This document shows, in pieces, positions 50,428 to 60,443 of a DNA stretch of 64,000 nt; the stretch's first letter is position 1; each line of letters begins with the position of its first letter. A program made the translations under genes and the position numbers. Under the pieces are notes generated by a model that saw only the letters and a list, made by a program, of their open reading frames with translations, did no database searches and was not told the DNA's origin. This DNA comes from Alphaproteobacteria bacterium (GTDB taxonomy: Bacteria; Pseudomonadota; Alphaproteobacteria; UBA828), in NCBI GenBank assembly GCA_965220745.1, contig CBDCQT010000013.1, forward strand, positions 256,001 to 320,000. Reading direction: 5' to 3'.

Positions 50428-50531
50428 GGTAGCCGGCCGCGTAAGGGCTACCGCGATCGGTCGCTTCAGGGTGCGCGCCGCTACCGGGCGCACCCACCGA
50501 CACTCGCTCGACGGAGGAGGGCAAGGCGATG
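50428..50531 (+). ncRNA. ROSE-like RNA thermometer in the hsp20 5' UTR
   Basis: Hairpins at 50428-50451 and 50469-50495; CUC-G-CUC/GAGGAG SD hairpin with bulged G at 50503-50519. Confidence 0.65.
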
Positions 50532-50957
50532 GCACGCGTTTCACCGTTCAGCAGCCCTCTTCTGCTCGGCTTCGACCGCCTGGAGGAAATGGTCGACCGG
50601 CTCAGCCGTTCCACGACCGACGGGTATCCCCCTTACAACGTCGTGCACCTGGGGGATGAGCGGCTGCGCATCAGCCTCGCGGTGGCCGGCTTCGACGAGG
50701 ACGATCTCGACGTCACCATCGAACGCAACGAGCTGCACATCAGAGGACGGCAAGCGGAGGAGAACGGTGCCGTCTACCTGTATCAGGGCATCGCTGCGCG
50801 CCAGTTCCACCGCACGTTCCTGCTTGCGGACGGGATCGAGGTAACTGGCGCTTCACTCGACAGCGGATTGCTTCACATCGAGCTGACTCGCCCCACCGCA
50901 CCTGAGATCGTGAGGACCATTGCGATCAAAAGCGGCGGCGGAGCAGGCAATGACTAA
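50529..50957 (+). CDS. Small heat-shock protein (Hsp20/IbpA-like)
   Basis: LLGFD, YPPYN, LAVAGF, YQGIAARQF.RTF.LADG, GLLHIEL. Confidence 0.95.
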   Translation: MARVSPFSSPLLLGFDRLEEMVDRLSRSTTDGYPPYNVVHLGDERLRISLAVAGFDEDDLDVTIERNELHIRGRQAEENGAVYLYQGIAARQFHRTFLLADGIEVTGASLDSGLLHIELTRPTAPEIVRTIAIKSGGGAGND

Positions 50958-51031
50958 GGGAGGTGTGTCGTGTGTGAACGGCGCGGCGGGTGCTGCTGCA
51001 GCTACCGCGCCTCGGCCCAAGGAGGATGGTC

Positions 51032-51247
51032 ATGAATGATGGCGATCGGGCGACTGCCGGCGAGCGGAGGGAGTATGTGCACTTCCTCACCGGCAACGAA
51101 GCGTACATCCGGGAAGTCCTGGTGGACGGTGCTGCCGTCTACGGCATCCATGCACCGGACGGCCGCCTCCTTGGCGTCGCGCCGGACCGCGACCTCGCGT
51201 TCGCCGCGGCGCGCCAGCACCAGCTGGAGCCGCTCAGCGTCCACTGA
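51032..51247 (+). CDS. DUF1150 family protein
   Basis: AYIR...YGIHAPDG..L....DRDLAFAAARQHQLEPLSVH; follows hsp20. Confidence 0.85.
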   Translation: MNDGDRATAGERREYVHFLTGNEAYIREVLVDGAAVYGIHAPDGRLLGVAPDRDLAFAAARQHQLEPLSVH

Positions 51248-51277
51248 AAGGTGAGATCTGCGCGTCGCTTAGCGCGC

Positions 51278-52990
51278 CTAGCCTGAATCTGTCAGCCTAA
51301 CAGAGTCCGCGGCGGGAAGCTCCAGTCGGAAGCTTGCGCCGACAATGGCGCCCGCACCATCGCGCCGGTTGACGCAACTCAGCTGGCCGCCGTGGGCCTC
51401 GGCGATCTGGCGCGAGATGCTGAGACCGAGACCGGAGTGGGCGCCGAACGGCTCACCCTCCGGACGGTCGGTGTAGAAGCGCCGGAAGATCGCCTCCTCC
51501 ATGCCGGCCGGCACGCCGGGGCCGTCATCGTGCACGCTGACCATGACCGCGGCGCCGTCCCGGCGCAGCCCGAGCGTGATCGTCCCGCCCGGCGGGCTGA
51601 ACGAACGGGCGTTGTTGATGAGGTTCTGGAGCACCTGGGCGAGGCGGTCCTCGACGCCGAGCACCACGAATGGACCCTCGCCTTCGACTTCGACTCGTAT
51701 GGCCGCGGGGGCCTCGCCCATCGAGGCGGCAGCGCTGTGCATCTCGGCGAGCGTTGTCAGCATGGCGCCGACATTGACCGGCTCCAGTCGGGCACGGAAC
51801 AGTTCGGTATCGATCTTGGAGGCGTCGGCAATCTGGCTGAGCAGCCGGTCCAGCCGCTTCACGTCCTCGCCGACAAGCGCCAGCAGCTTCGCTCGCTTCT
51901 CTTCGTCGTCGACGCGGCGGGCGGTGTCGACGGCGGTGAGCACGGAACTCAGAGGATTCTTCACCTCGTGCGCGACATCGGCGACGAAACGTTCGATCGC
52001 GTCCATGCGCACCCAGAGCGCCTCGGTCATGTCGCGCAACGCACCGGAGAGCCGCCCGATCTCGTCGTTGCGCGACGTGAAGTCGGGAATGGCCACCTTG
52101 CGCCCGCCGCCGGCGCGCACTCGCTCCGCCGCCCGCGCAAGCCGGCGCACGGGCCGGGTGATCGTGCCTGCGAAGTAGAGGCTGAGGAGGATGGTGATCC
52201 CGAGCGCGATGCTGAACGCCTGGAGGATGGTGAAGCGGGCGTTGCGCACGCTCTCCAGCACGTCGTTGGCATCCGCCACCAACAGCAGGGCGCCCTGAAT
52301 CCGGCGGAACGGCTGGATCGGCGCGGACACGACGGCGACCAGCCGGGCGTCCTGCGTTCTGTGCATGGCGCGCCCGGCGGTACCCTGCAGCGCGCTCAGC
52401 ACCTTCGGGAAGTCGGCCGCTTGCGGGTTGAGCGGCTCGATGTAGAGCGGCACCGTCGTGCGCGGGGGCAGCCGCGCGGTGATCCAATCGTAAGCCGCGT
52501 CCGCCGCCCGGCCGAGGACTCCTCGGCCTTCCTCCGGGGGCGGCAACTCCGTCGTCTGCACAGGCGCCATCGGCAGCCGCCATGAATCGACGGCGAGGGT
52601 CCCATCGGCGTTGAAGAGCAGCGCGCGCGTATCGACCGGCAGGTTCAGTCGGTAGATCAGGCTCGCGGCGTCGGCCGGGCCGAGACCCGCTTCCGACGGG
52701 CTGGCGGTGTCCACCGCGCTTTCACCGAGCGCAGCGGCCAGCAGGGTGGCCTCGCGCGCGAGCGCGTCCAGCCTGTCGTCCATCAAATCGCGCTGCATTT
52801 GGTCGAGATAGAAGAAGCCCGCGACCAGCACCCCCAGAGCCATGACGTTGATGGCGAGGATTCGGGCCGTCAGCGGGAAGCCGATGCGCGGCCGCCGGCC
52901 CCGGCCGGCCTGCGCCCGGGGAGCGGTCGGCGCCGCCTTCAGATCGTCTTCGACCCGATCACGGCGTGGTGTATCGGTAGCCGACACCAT
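51278..52990 (-). CDS. chvG: Sensor histidine kinase ChvG/ExoS-like (start uncertain)
   Basis: [13 protein letters not shown] (RNDEIGRL), [31 protein letters not shown]. Confidence 0.88.
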   Translation of the reverse strand: MVSATDTPRRDRVEDDLKAAPTAPRAQAGRGRRPRIGFPLTARILAINVMALGVLVAGFFYLDQMQRDLMDDRLDALAREATLLAAALGESAVDTASPSEAGLGPADAASLIYRLNLPVDTRALLFNADGTLAVDSWRLPMAPVQTTELPPPEEGRGVLGRAADAAYDWITARLPPRTTVPLYIEPLNPQAADFPKVLSALQGTAGRAMHRTQDARLVAVVSAPIQPFRRIQGALLLVADANDVLESVRNARFTILQAFSIALGITILLSLYFAGTITRPVRRLARAAERVRAGGGRKVAIPDFTSRNDEIGRLSGALRDMTEALWVRMDAIERFVADVAHEVKNPLSSVLTAVDTARRVDDEEKRAKLLALVGEDVKRLDRLLSQIADASKIDTELFRARLEPVNVGAMLTTLAEMHSAAASMGEAPAAIRVEVEGEGPFVVLGVEDRLAQVLQNLINNARSFSPPGGTITLGLRRDGAAVMVSVHDDGPGVPAGMEEAIFRRFYTDRPEGEPFGAHSGLGLSISRQIAEAHGGQLSCVNRRDGAGAIVGASFRLELPAADSVRLTDSG

Positions 52991-53648
52991 AGAGCGTCTC
53001 GATCTGCGAGAAGGCCGGATCGATGGCCCTGAACTTCTTGCGGATGCGCTTGACGTGACTGTCGATGGTGCGGTCCTCGACGTAGATCTGGTCGCCGTAG
53101 GCGGCATCCATCAGCTGGTTCCTGCTCTTGACGTGGCCGGGGCGCTGGGCCAACGCCTTCAGCAGCAGGAACTCGGTCACCGTGAGGGAGAGCGCCTTGC
53201 CCTGCCAGGTGCAGAGGTGACGGTCCTCGTCCAGCACCAGCGCGCCCCGCACCATGAGCGCAGCCCCGTCGGCGCTCTGGGCCGGCTCGGCACGCCGCAG
53301 GACCGCCCGGATCCGCTCAACCAGAAGGCGAATCGAGAAGGGCTTGGTGATGTAGTCGTCCGCGCCCTGGCTGAGCCCATAGAGCTGGTCGTCCTCGGCG
53401 TCCTTCGAGGTCAGGAACACCACGGGGAGCGTCGAATGCTCCCGCAGCTGGGCGAGCAGCTCCAGACCGTCCATCTGCGGCATCTTGATGTCGAGTACCG
53501 CGAGGTCGACCGGCCGGCTCAGCAGGTCCTGCAACGCCTTCACCGGGTCGCTGTGGGGCCGGACCACGAAGCCCTCGGCCTCAAGCGCCATGGTGACCGA
53601 GGTGAGCAGGTGCTGGTCGTCGTCGACCAGCGCGATGGTCGCAGGCAC
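52959..53648 (-). CDS. chvI: Response regulator ChvI
   Basis: [48 protein letters not shown]. Confidence 0.92.
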   Translation of the reverse strand: MPATIALVDDDQHLLTSVTMALEAEGFVVRPHSDPVKALQDLLSRPVDLAVLDIKMPQMDGLELLAQLREHSTLPVVFLTSKDAEDDQLYGLSQGADDYITKPFSIRLLVERIRAVLRRAEPAQSADGAALMVRGALVLDEDRHLCTWQGKALSLTVTEFLLLKALAQRPGHVKSRNQLMDAAYGDQIYVEDRTIDSHVKRIRKKFRAIDPAFSQIETLYGVGYRYTTP

Positions 53649-53727
53649 CGTATCCCTCCTCCTCCTGCGGCCGCCCCGAGTATGGCTTCACTGTGGCGAT
53701 TTTAGGGCGCCGGATCGGCAGGTCACG

Positions 53728-55110
53728 TCAGTAGCGGGCGATCGGTCGCCGGGCGACGGCGAGAAAGCGGCCAGAAAGGAGAATGCTCGCACTAAGCGCG
53801 CCCGCCAGAATGCCCCACATCAGGCCGTCCACGCCAATCCCCACCACGAAAGCCAGCACGTAACCGATGGGCACCGTGATGAACCACCAGGAGATGAGCT
53901 GAAGTCCTGGCGGCACCCACACGTCGGCGACGCCGCGCAACGCGCCCATCAGCACCGCCTGCATGCCGTCGAACACCAGGATGATACCGCAAATGCCGAT
54001 GAGCGAGGCGGCAAGCGGCAGCACCAGGGGATCATCGGTGTAGAGCTTCGCGAGGGGCAGTCCGAGGCCAATGAACGGGCCGGCGAAGCACGCCATGAGG
54101 AATGCGATGAGCAGGACGCCCGCCCAGCCGGCGCGCACGATATCGGTGGCGTTGCGCCGGCCGACTGCGTTGCCGACCCGGACCATGCTCGCCCCGGCGG
54201 TGCCGATGGCGACCATGAAGACGAGCCCGATCAGGTTGTAGCCGATCTGATAGGCGGCGAGCGACACCGTGCCGAGATGGCCGGCGAACATGACCAGCGC
54301 GGCGAACGCCGCGGTCTCGAGACCCCGCGCGGCGCCGAGGGGGTAGCCGAGGCGCCTGAGCCGCTTCGAGATCACCCAGAAGTCGCCGGCGGGGCGGTGG
54401 ATGCCGAGCGCGCGGGCGTCCGCCTGGCGCAGCACGACGAGCAACAGAGCCCCGAACATGACCCAGCGCACCAGCGAGGTCGCGATGGCGGCGCCTTCCG
54501 CCCCCATCTCCGGGCCGCCCAGGTTGCCGAAGATGAGGATCCAGTTGAGCAGCGCGTTGAGCAGCACCGCGCCGAACATGACCAGCATGCCGGGGATCGG
54601 CCGGCTGAGGCCTTCCAGGAAGTGCGTGCACACCACCCACATCATCAGGGGCGGCGAGCCCCAGGCGATCATGTCGAGCACGCGGCCGCCGCCGGCGACG
54701 ACTTCGGGCGACTGGCCGGTCGCATCGAGGGTGTAGCGGCCGAGCAGGCAGATCAGGCCCATGACGACGCCGAGGACCGCGCCGTGGACGAAGCTCACGC
54801 GCCAGTACGCGCCGCAGGCGGCGTGGTCGCGCGCGCCGTGCGCCTGGGAGACCACGATCACCGTGCCCTGCAGCAGGCCCACGCCGATCAGGATCATGAC
54901 CACCTGCGCGGCATTCGCCGCCGCGTAGTAGGCCAGCGATGCGGTGCCGTAGTGGCCCAGCATGGCGGAATCGATCGCGACCATCACGAGCAGGCCCGCG
55001 CGCGCGAGGATCACCGGGCCGGCGAACCGGGCGGTCCGAATCAGATGGCGCTCGAACGACATGGCCCGGCTGGCGGGCCGCTCGGGCGCGACGGCGACTC
55101 CCTTGGTCAT
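53728..55110 (-). CDS. MATE family efflux transporter (NorM-like)
   Basis: IDSAMLGH, LIFGNLGGPEMGAEGAAIAT, RVGNAVG, FDGMQ..GALRG. Confidence 0.92.
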   Translation of the reverse strand: MTKGVAVAPERPASRAMSFERHLIRTARFAGPVILARAGLLVMVAIDSAMLGHYGTASLAYYAAANAAQVVMILIGVGLLQGTVIVVSQAHGARDHAACGAYWRVSFVHGAVLGVVMGLICLLGRYTLDATGQSPEVVAGGGRVLDMIAWGSPPLMMWVVCTHFLEGLSRPIPGMLVMFGAVLLNALLNWILIFGNLGGPEMGAEGAAIATSLVRWVMFGALLLVVLRQADARALGIHRPAGDFWVISKRLRRLGYPLGAARGLETAAFAALVMFAGHLGTVSLAAYQIGYNLIGLVFMVAIGTAGASMVRVGNAVGRRNATDIVRAGWAGVLLIAFLMACFAGPFIGLGLPLAKLYTDDPLVLPLAASLIGICGIILVFDGMQAVLMGALRGVADVWVPPGLQLISWWFITVPIGYVLAFVVGIGVDGLMWGILAGALSASILLSGRFLAVARRPIARY

Positions 55111-55174
55111 GGCGCCGGACCTTAGCCCGGAATTCTCACCAAGGTCATGGATTGCTGCCGCAACGGCAGCCCGT

Positions 55175-56491
55175 TTACTGCCCGTCCGGCGTCTTGGCGT
55201 TTAGGCCGGGATAGATGGGGAAGGCTTGGCAGAGTGTCCGCACCTCGGCACGGACGGCGTGCTCGACTGCCTCGTCGCGCGCGCCTGACGGCGCCATCGC
55301 GTGGAGCACATCGGCGATCCAGCCGCCGATACGGCGGAACTCGGCCTCGCCGAAGCCCCGCGTGGTCCCGGCTGCCGAGCCGAAGCGGAGGCCCGAGGTC
55401 ACGCGGGGAGGCTGCGTGTCGCCCGGCACCGCGTTCTTGTTGCAGGTGAGGCCGGCGGTTTCCAGGCTGTCGGAAGCGGCGGCTCCGGTGAGTCCGAGCG
55501 GGCGCAGGTCGGCGACCAGCAGCGGCGTGTCGGTGCCGCCGGCGACGATGGCGATGTCGCGCTGCATGAGCGAGTCTGCGAGGGCGCGGGCGTTGGCCAG
55601 CACCTGGGCGGCGTAAGCCTTGAACGAGGGCTTGAGCGCTTCGCCCAGGCAGACCGCCTTGGCCGCGACGGCGTTGAGGATCACGCTGCCCTGCACGCCG
55701 GGGAAGACGGCGCTGTCGAGCTTGCGCGCGAGCGCGGGATCGTCGGTGAGGATGAGGCCGCCGCGCGCGCCGCGCAGGTTCTTGTAGGTGGTCGCCGTGG
55801 TGACGTGGGCGTGGGGCAGGGGGCTCGGGTGCGCCCCGCCGGCGACCAGCCCGGCGAAGTGGGCCATGTCGGCGAGCAGGGTGGCGCCGACCGAGTCGGC
55901 GATGGCCCGAAAGCCGGCGAAGTCGATCGCCCTGGGGTAGGCCGAGCCGCCGCAGATGATGAGCCTGGGGCGGTGCTCTCGCGCCAGGAGCGCAACTTCG
56001 TCCATGTCAATGAAGCCCGCCGCATCGGTGCGATAGCGGATCGGATTGAACCACTTGCCGGTCAGGTTCACCGCTGCGCCGTGGCTCAGGTGGCCACCGG
56101 CATCGAGGGCCATGCTCAATACCGTGTCGCCCGGCTGCAGCAGCGCAAGAAAGGCCGCCTGGTTGGCCTGGCTGCCGGAATGGGGCTGGACGTTGGCGAA
56201 GGCGCAGCCGAAGAGCTGCTTGGCGCGCTCGATGGCGAGGGCCTCGATCTTGTCGGCGAACGCGGCGCCGCCGTAGTAGCGCGCGCCGGGCCGGCCTTCG
56301 ACGGTCTTGTTGACGATGACCGAGCCCAGGGCGTCGAGGCTCGCGCGGCTCACCAGGTTTTCCGACGCGATCAGCTCGATCCCGTCCTGCTGGCGGACGA
56401 GTTCGCCCGCGAGCGCCGCGTGGACCTCTGGGTCAACTGTTTGCAGGTGATCGAGGAAGTAACCCGGCTCGCGCGCCGGGGTGTCGCTCAT
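55175..56491 (-). CDS. Non-canonical serine hydroxymethyltransferase (alpha-methylserine hydroxymethyltransferase-like)
   Basis: [35 protein letters not shown]; divergent [24 protein letters not shown]. Confidence 0.88.
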   Translation of the reverse strand: MSDTPAREPGYFLDHLQTVDPEVHAALAGELVRQQDGIELIASENLVSRASLDALGSVIVNKTVEGRPGARYYGGAAFADKIEALAIERAKQLFGCAFANVQPHSGSQANQAAFLALLQPGDTVLSMALDAGGHLSHGAAVNLTGKWFNPIRYRTDAAGFIDMDEVALLAREHRPRLIICGGSAYPRAIDFAGFRAIADSVGATLLADMAHFAGLVAGGAHPSPLPHAHVTTATTYKNLRGARGGLILTDDPALARKLDSAVFPGVQGSVILNAVAAKAVCLGEALKPSFKAYAAQVLANARALADSLMQRDIAIVAGGTDTPLLVADLRPLGLTGAAASDSLETAGLTCNKNAVPGDTQPPRVTSGLRFGSAAGTTRGFGEAEFRRIGGWIADVLHAMAPSGARDEAVEHAVRAEVRTLCQAFPIYPGLNAKTPDGQ

Positions 56492-57276
56492 TGGGCGGCC
56501 GCCGGGGCGAACAGGCAATCGTCGGCGAGCGGCACCACCGGCGAGAAATCGGTGTGATGCTTGTACTCGGGCCGGGCGAACGCGGTCTGGGCGTTGGCGA
56601 CCGGGTTGAGGATGAGCGAGAAGATCGCGCGGTCCCACGGCGACATGTTGCCCGGCGAGCCGTGGACCATCAGGTCGCCGAAGATGAGCACCGTGCCGGG
56701 CGGGCCGAGCGCGGGCGTGATGCCGCCCACGGCAATGAGGTTCGTGACGGTCTCGCGATCCACCACCCAGAGCGGATAGCTCGTGCTCGTCACGTCGTGG
56801 AAGGTCGGCAGCGGCTCGTGCCGGTGGGAGCCGGGGATGAAATAGAGCGGCCCGTTATAGTGGCTCACCTCGTCCAGCAGGATGTGCAGGTTGAGCGCTT
56901 GGGGGGCAGGAACGCCGTCGTCCCGGTGATGGGTAGCGAAGTCGTAGTGCCACTGCCAGACATCGCCCTCGAACGCCGCCTTAACATTGACCTTGACCTG
57001 CTGGATGTAGAGGTCGGGGCCGGCGATCTGCCGCGCCGGTTCGACCAGGCGCGGATGGCGCACGAGGCGGTCGATGAGGTCGCTCCGCTGGTGCAGTCCC
57101 ATGATGGTACGGGGCGCGGTGCCCGCCTTTTCCCCGATATTGGCCTCGCTCTCCTCATCGAAGAGCGGCGGCAGGGAGGCACGGATCGCCGCCACCTCGG
57201 CCGCGGAGAAGAGGCCGGGGAGGATCAGCAGGCCGTCCCGGCGGAAGACCTCAAGCTGTTCGTCGTTCAACTTCAA
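56488..57276 (-). CDS. PhyH-family Fe(II)/2OG dioxygenase (ectoine/proline hydroxylase-like)
   Basis: [41 protein letters not shown]; TTG start; stop overlaps the SHMT start. Confidence 0.88.
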   Translation of the reverse strand: MKLNDEQLEVFRRDGLLILPGLFSAAEVAAIRASLPPLFDEESEANIGEKAGTAPRTIMGLHQRSDLIDRLVRHPRLVEPARQIAGPDLYIQQVKVNVKAAFEGDVWQWHYDFATHHRDDGVPAPQALNLHILLDEVSHYNGPLYFIPGSHRHEPLPTFHDVTSTSYPLWVVDRETVTNLIAVGGITPALGPPGTVLIFGDLMVHGSPGNMSPWDRAIFSLILNPVANAQTAFARPEYKHHTDFSPVVPLADDCLFAPAAAQ

Positions 57277-57380
57277 CGGGCCGGCCTCGCCGCCCGCTCG
57301 GAGTCCCAGGCGAGAAGGGAGTGGGGCTCTCCCGCCAGCGGCAGGGAGAAGCCCCGAACCCCGTTACGGATCGCGACAGC

Positions 57381-58679
57381 CTATTCGGCGGCGGCAGGCG
57401 TGACGGCCCGGCGGCGCTTGGCCAGTGCGATCTCGTTCGGCGCGCGGTGATAGGCGCCGTCCTTCATGATCATGAGCAGGTTGTCGGCGTCCTGCATGAT
57501 GGAGACGTCCTTGGTCGGGTCGCCGTCCACCAGCAGCAGGTCGGCGAGGTAGCCTTCCTTGACCATGCCGACGTTGAGCCCCATGAGCTCGCCGCCCCAC
57601 TTCGTGGCGCCGATCAGCGCCTCGGCCGGCGAGTAGCCGAAGTGGTTGACGAAGTGCTCCATGTCGCGGGCATTGGCGCCGATCGGGTTCCAGGCGAAGC
57701 CGTAGTCGCCACCCGGCATGGCCCGGATGCCGCGCTTCCGCACTTCCTGATAGGTGCGGATGGTGTGCTCCATCTTGTAGAACATGTTGTAGCTCTCGGC
57801 GATCTCGCGGGTGATGCCCCACTCGCCGGCCTCGTGCGCGAACGTGTAGACGATGCCGAAAGCCGGGGCCATGAAGATGCTCTTCTTCTTGGCTTCCAGC
57901 ATGTCGAGGGTCTTATTGGTCGCGTAGTCGGCGTGGTAGATGATGTTGATGCCGTGCTTGAGCGCGAGGCGCACCGCCTTGTCCGCCCTGGCATGGGTGA
58001 TGATGTTGACGCCGGCTTCGCGGGCGACTTCGGCGGCCGCTGCGACCTCGGCATCGAAGTAGGTGATTTTCTCGGACTGCCCGGGCTGGCAGAATTCGTC
58101 GCCCGAGATGTTGATCTTCAGGTTGTCCACGCCCTCGCGCACGCAGAGCCGGCAGGCCTTGCGCACTTCGTCCGGCCCGTCGGCGATGAAGCCCACTGAC
58201 TCCTGGTGCATGTGCCACTTGCGTTCGTCGCCGAGCCCGCCTGACGACACGATCTCGGGCGAGGCCGCCTTGATGCGCGGCCCCGGATAGCGCCCGGCAT
58301 TGATCACGTTGCGCAGTACCGGCTCGATACGGATCTTGTTGTAGCCGACGCCGGCAGCCGAGAAGAGGCTCGTGAAGCCGTGGTCGATCATCGTGCGCGC
58401 ATTGTCGAGTGCGAGCACCATGTGCTCCTCCGGCGGGAGCGCCCCGATCTCCGGCAGGGTCGTACTGTCGATGTAGCAGACGTGGGCGTGGGGCTCGACA
58501 AGCCCTGGCATCAGGGTGGCGCCCGCGCCGTCCACCACGGTCGCGCCGTTGGCCCTGATCTTGCCCTTGCCGCGGGCGACCTTCTTGATGAGGTTGCCCT
58601 GCAGCTTCACCTCGCCCGCGAACGGGCGCTTGGCGTTGCCGTCGAAAATCATCACGTTCTTGAAGAGGGTCTCTGCCAT
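57381..58679 (-). CDS. Amidohydrolase (prolidase/Xaa-Pro dipeptidase-like)
   Basis: MPGLVEPHAH, LKINISG, THAR, IYHA, GGDYG, GYLADLLLVDGDP. Confidence 0.9.
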   Translation of the reverse strand: MAETLFKNVMIFDGNAKRPFAGEVKLQGNLIKKVARGKGKIRANGATVVDGAGATLMPGLVEPHAHVCYIDSTTLPEIGALPPEEHMVLALDNARTMIDHGFTSLFSAAGVGYNKIRIEPVLRNVINAGRYPGPRIKAASPEIVSSGGLGDERKWHMHQESVGFIADGPDEVRKACRLCVREGVDNLKINISGDEFCQPGQSEKITYFDAEVAAAAEVAREAGVNIITHARADKAVRLALKHGINIIYHADYATNKTLDMLEAKKKSIFMAPAFGIVYTFAHEAGEWGITREIAESYNMFYKMEHTIRTYQEVRKRGIRAMPGGDYGFAWNPIGANARDMEHFVNHFGYSPAEALIGATKWGGELMGLNVGMVKEGYLADLLLVDGDPTKDVSIMQDADNLLMIMKDGAYHRAPNEIALAKRRRAVTPAAAE

Positions 58680-58955
58680 CGTCTCAGCCTCCGTCTCGGG
58701 CGTGCGCTCCCCTGGTTCCCTGTGCCGCACGCCTCAGTAATCGGTTCGGCGCCCCGCGTCGCGCGACGCACGCCGCTGCGCACAGATTAGGCGCCCATTT
58801 AGGCCCCCGCAATCGCTAACCGGCGTGTGTGATCGAATTCTACGCGGTCTCTCGGTGTCTCCCCGTGCGGTATAGGCGCCTGAATGCGCGACGCAGGCCG
58901 TGACATTGGTGCGAAATCCGGGCTAAGACGCGCCCGCCAGTGCGGAGGACACCCC

Positions 58956-59543
58956 ATGAAGCTCTATTCCAGCCCGGCCACGCCCTTCGGCCGCAAGGCG
59001 GTGATCGTCGCGCGCGAGCACGGCATCGCGCTCGACATCGTGAATGTGAACCCCTTCGAGTCGGAGGAGCTGGAGCGGCTCAATCCGATCAAGCTCATCC
59101 CGGTGCTGGTGATGGACGACGGCACCGTGCTCTACGACAGCCACGCGATTTGTGCCTATTTCGACGGGATCGGGGAAGGACCATCGCTCTATCCCGACGA
59201 CGACCGCTGGGGTTGGCAGCGCCGCATGACGCTCGGCACGGCGCTCACGGAGTCGAGCGTCTTGTGGCTCTTCCAGAAGCGCCAGCCGGCGGACCAGCAG
59301 AGCGACAACCTCAAGACCCATTACGTGAAGCGGGTGCGGCGCATCACCGCGGCGCTCGAGGCCGAGGTGGATACGCTGGCCGCCGCGCCGTTCCGCATCG
59401 ATCACATCGCGGTCATTTGCGGCATCGGCCACCTGGAGTTCCGCCACGACGACTCGTGGCGGGCGGACTGCCCTGCGCTCACGGCGTGGTACGAAGGAAT
59501 CCAGAGCCGGCCGAGCGTCGCCGCGACGCAGCCCACCGACTGA
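58956..59543 (+). CDS. Glutathione S-transferase family protein
   Basis: SPATPFGRK, NPIKLIPVL..DDG.VLYDS..I. Confidence 0.88.
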   Translation: MKLYSSPATPFGRKAVIVAREHGIALDIVNVNPFESEELERLNPIKLIPVLVMDDGTVLYDSHAICAYFDGIGEGPSLYPDDDRWGWQRRMTLGTALTESSVLWLFQKRQPADQQSDNLKTHYVKRVRRITAALEAEVDTLAAAPFRIDHIAVICGIGHLEFRHDDSWRADCPALTAWYEGIQSRPSVAATQPTD

Positions 59544-59564
59544 CCCTGGCGGAAGGAAAGACCC

Positions 59565-60287
59565 ATGATCGACGTGCACTACTGGCCGACGCCCAACGGC
59601 AAGAAGGTGACCATTCTGCTGGAGGAATGCGGCATGCCCTATCGCCTAGTTCCTTGCCACATCGGGAAGGGCGATCAGTTCGAGGACTCGTTCCTCAGTA
59701 TCAGTCCCAACAACCGTATGCCCGCGCTGGTGGACGACGACCCGCCCGGCGGCGGCGCGCCGGTGAGCGTCTTCGAATCGGGCGCGATGATGATGTACAT
59801 CGCCGAGAAGGCCGGTCGCTTCTACCCGCAGGACCTGCACGGCCGCTACGAGGTCAACCAGTGGATCATGTGGCAGATGGCGAACCAGGGGCCGAAGTTC
59901 GGCGAGTTCGGCCACTTCCGCCGGCTGGGCGACGACGAGGGCGATCAGACCTACGCCATCACGCGCTTCGGCAACGAGGTCAACCGGCTCTACGGCGTCA
60001 TGAACAACCGGCTCTACGACCGGGCCTATCTCGCGGGCGAGGGCTACACGATCGCCGACATGATCTCCTATCCTTGGGCCGTCTATTGGGAATCGCAGGG
60101 GCAGGACATAAACGAATTCAAATACTTCAAGCGCTGGTTTGAGCAACTATCTGAACGCGAGGCGGTGCAGCGCGGCATGGCGGCCGGTGAAGACTTACCC
60201 GAGGACCCTGACACCCTCTCCGACGAAGAGAAGGAGCGGCGGCGCGCGCTGCTCTACAACCAGCGAGCGCGCCCCGCGCCGGGCTGA
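59565..60287 (+). CDS. GST, YfcG/YghU-like disulfide oxidoreductase
   Basis: WPTPNGKK, SPNNRMPA, FESGA, WQMANQGP, YTIADM..YPW. Confidence 0.92.
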   Translation: MIDVHYWPTPNGKKVTILLEECGMPYRLVPCHIGKGDQFEDSFLSISPNNRMPALVDDDPPGGGAPVSVFESGAMMMYIAEKAGRFYPQDLHGRYEVNQWIMWQMANQGPKFGEFGHFRRLGDDEGDQTYAITRFGNEVNRLYGVMNNRLYDRAYLAGEGYTIADMISYPWAVYWESQGQDINEFKYFKRWFEQLSEREAVQRGMAAGEDLPEDPDTLSDEEKERRRALLYNQRARPAPG

Positions 60288-60300
60288 GCGAACGTCTGCG

Positions 60301-60412
60301 CCCCCTCCTCACCCCGGCCCTCTCCTCCCCGCCGGGGAGGAGAGGGAGAAATTGAAGAGCGTCCCCTCAGCCTGCGTTCCCCCTTCGGGGGAGGGGGACA
60401 GGGGGAGGTGGG
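60301..60412. repeat. REP-like double-hairpin element, copy 2
   Basis: Shares both arms with 46580-46692; between convergent genes. Confidence 0.8.
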
Positions 60413-60443
60413 CGTCGGCTAAGCTGCGTCGGCCTTCCGTGCG

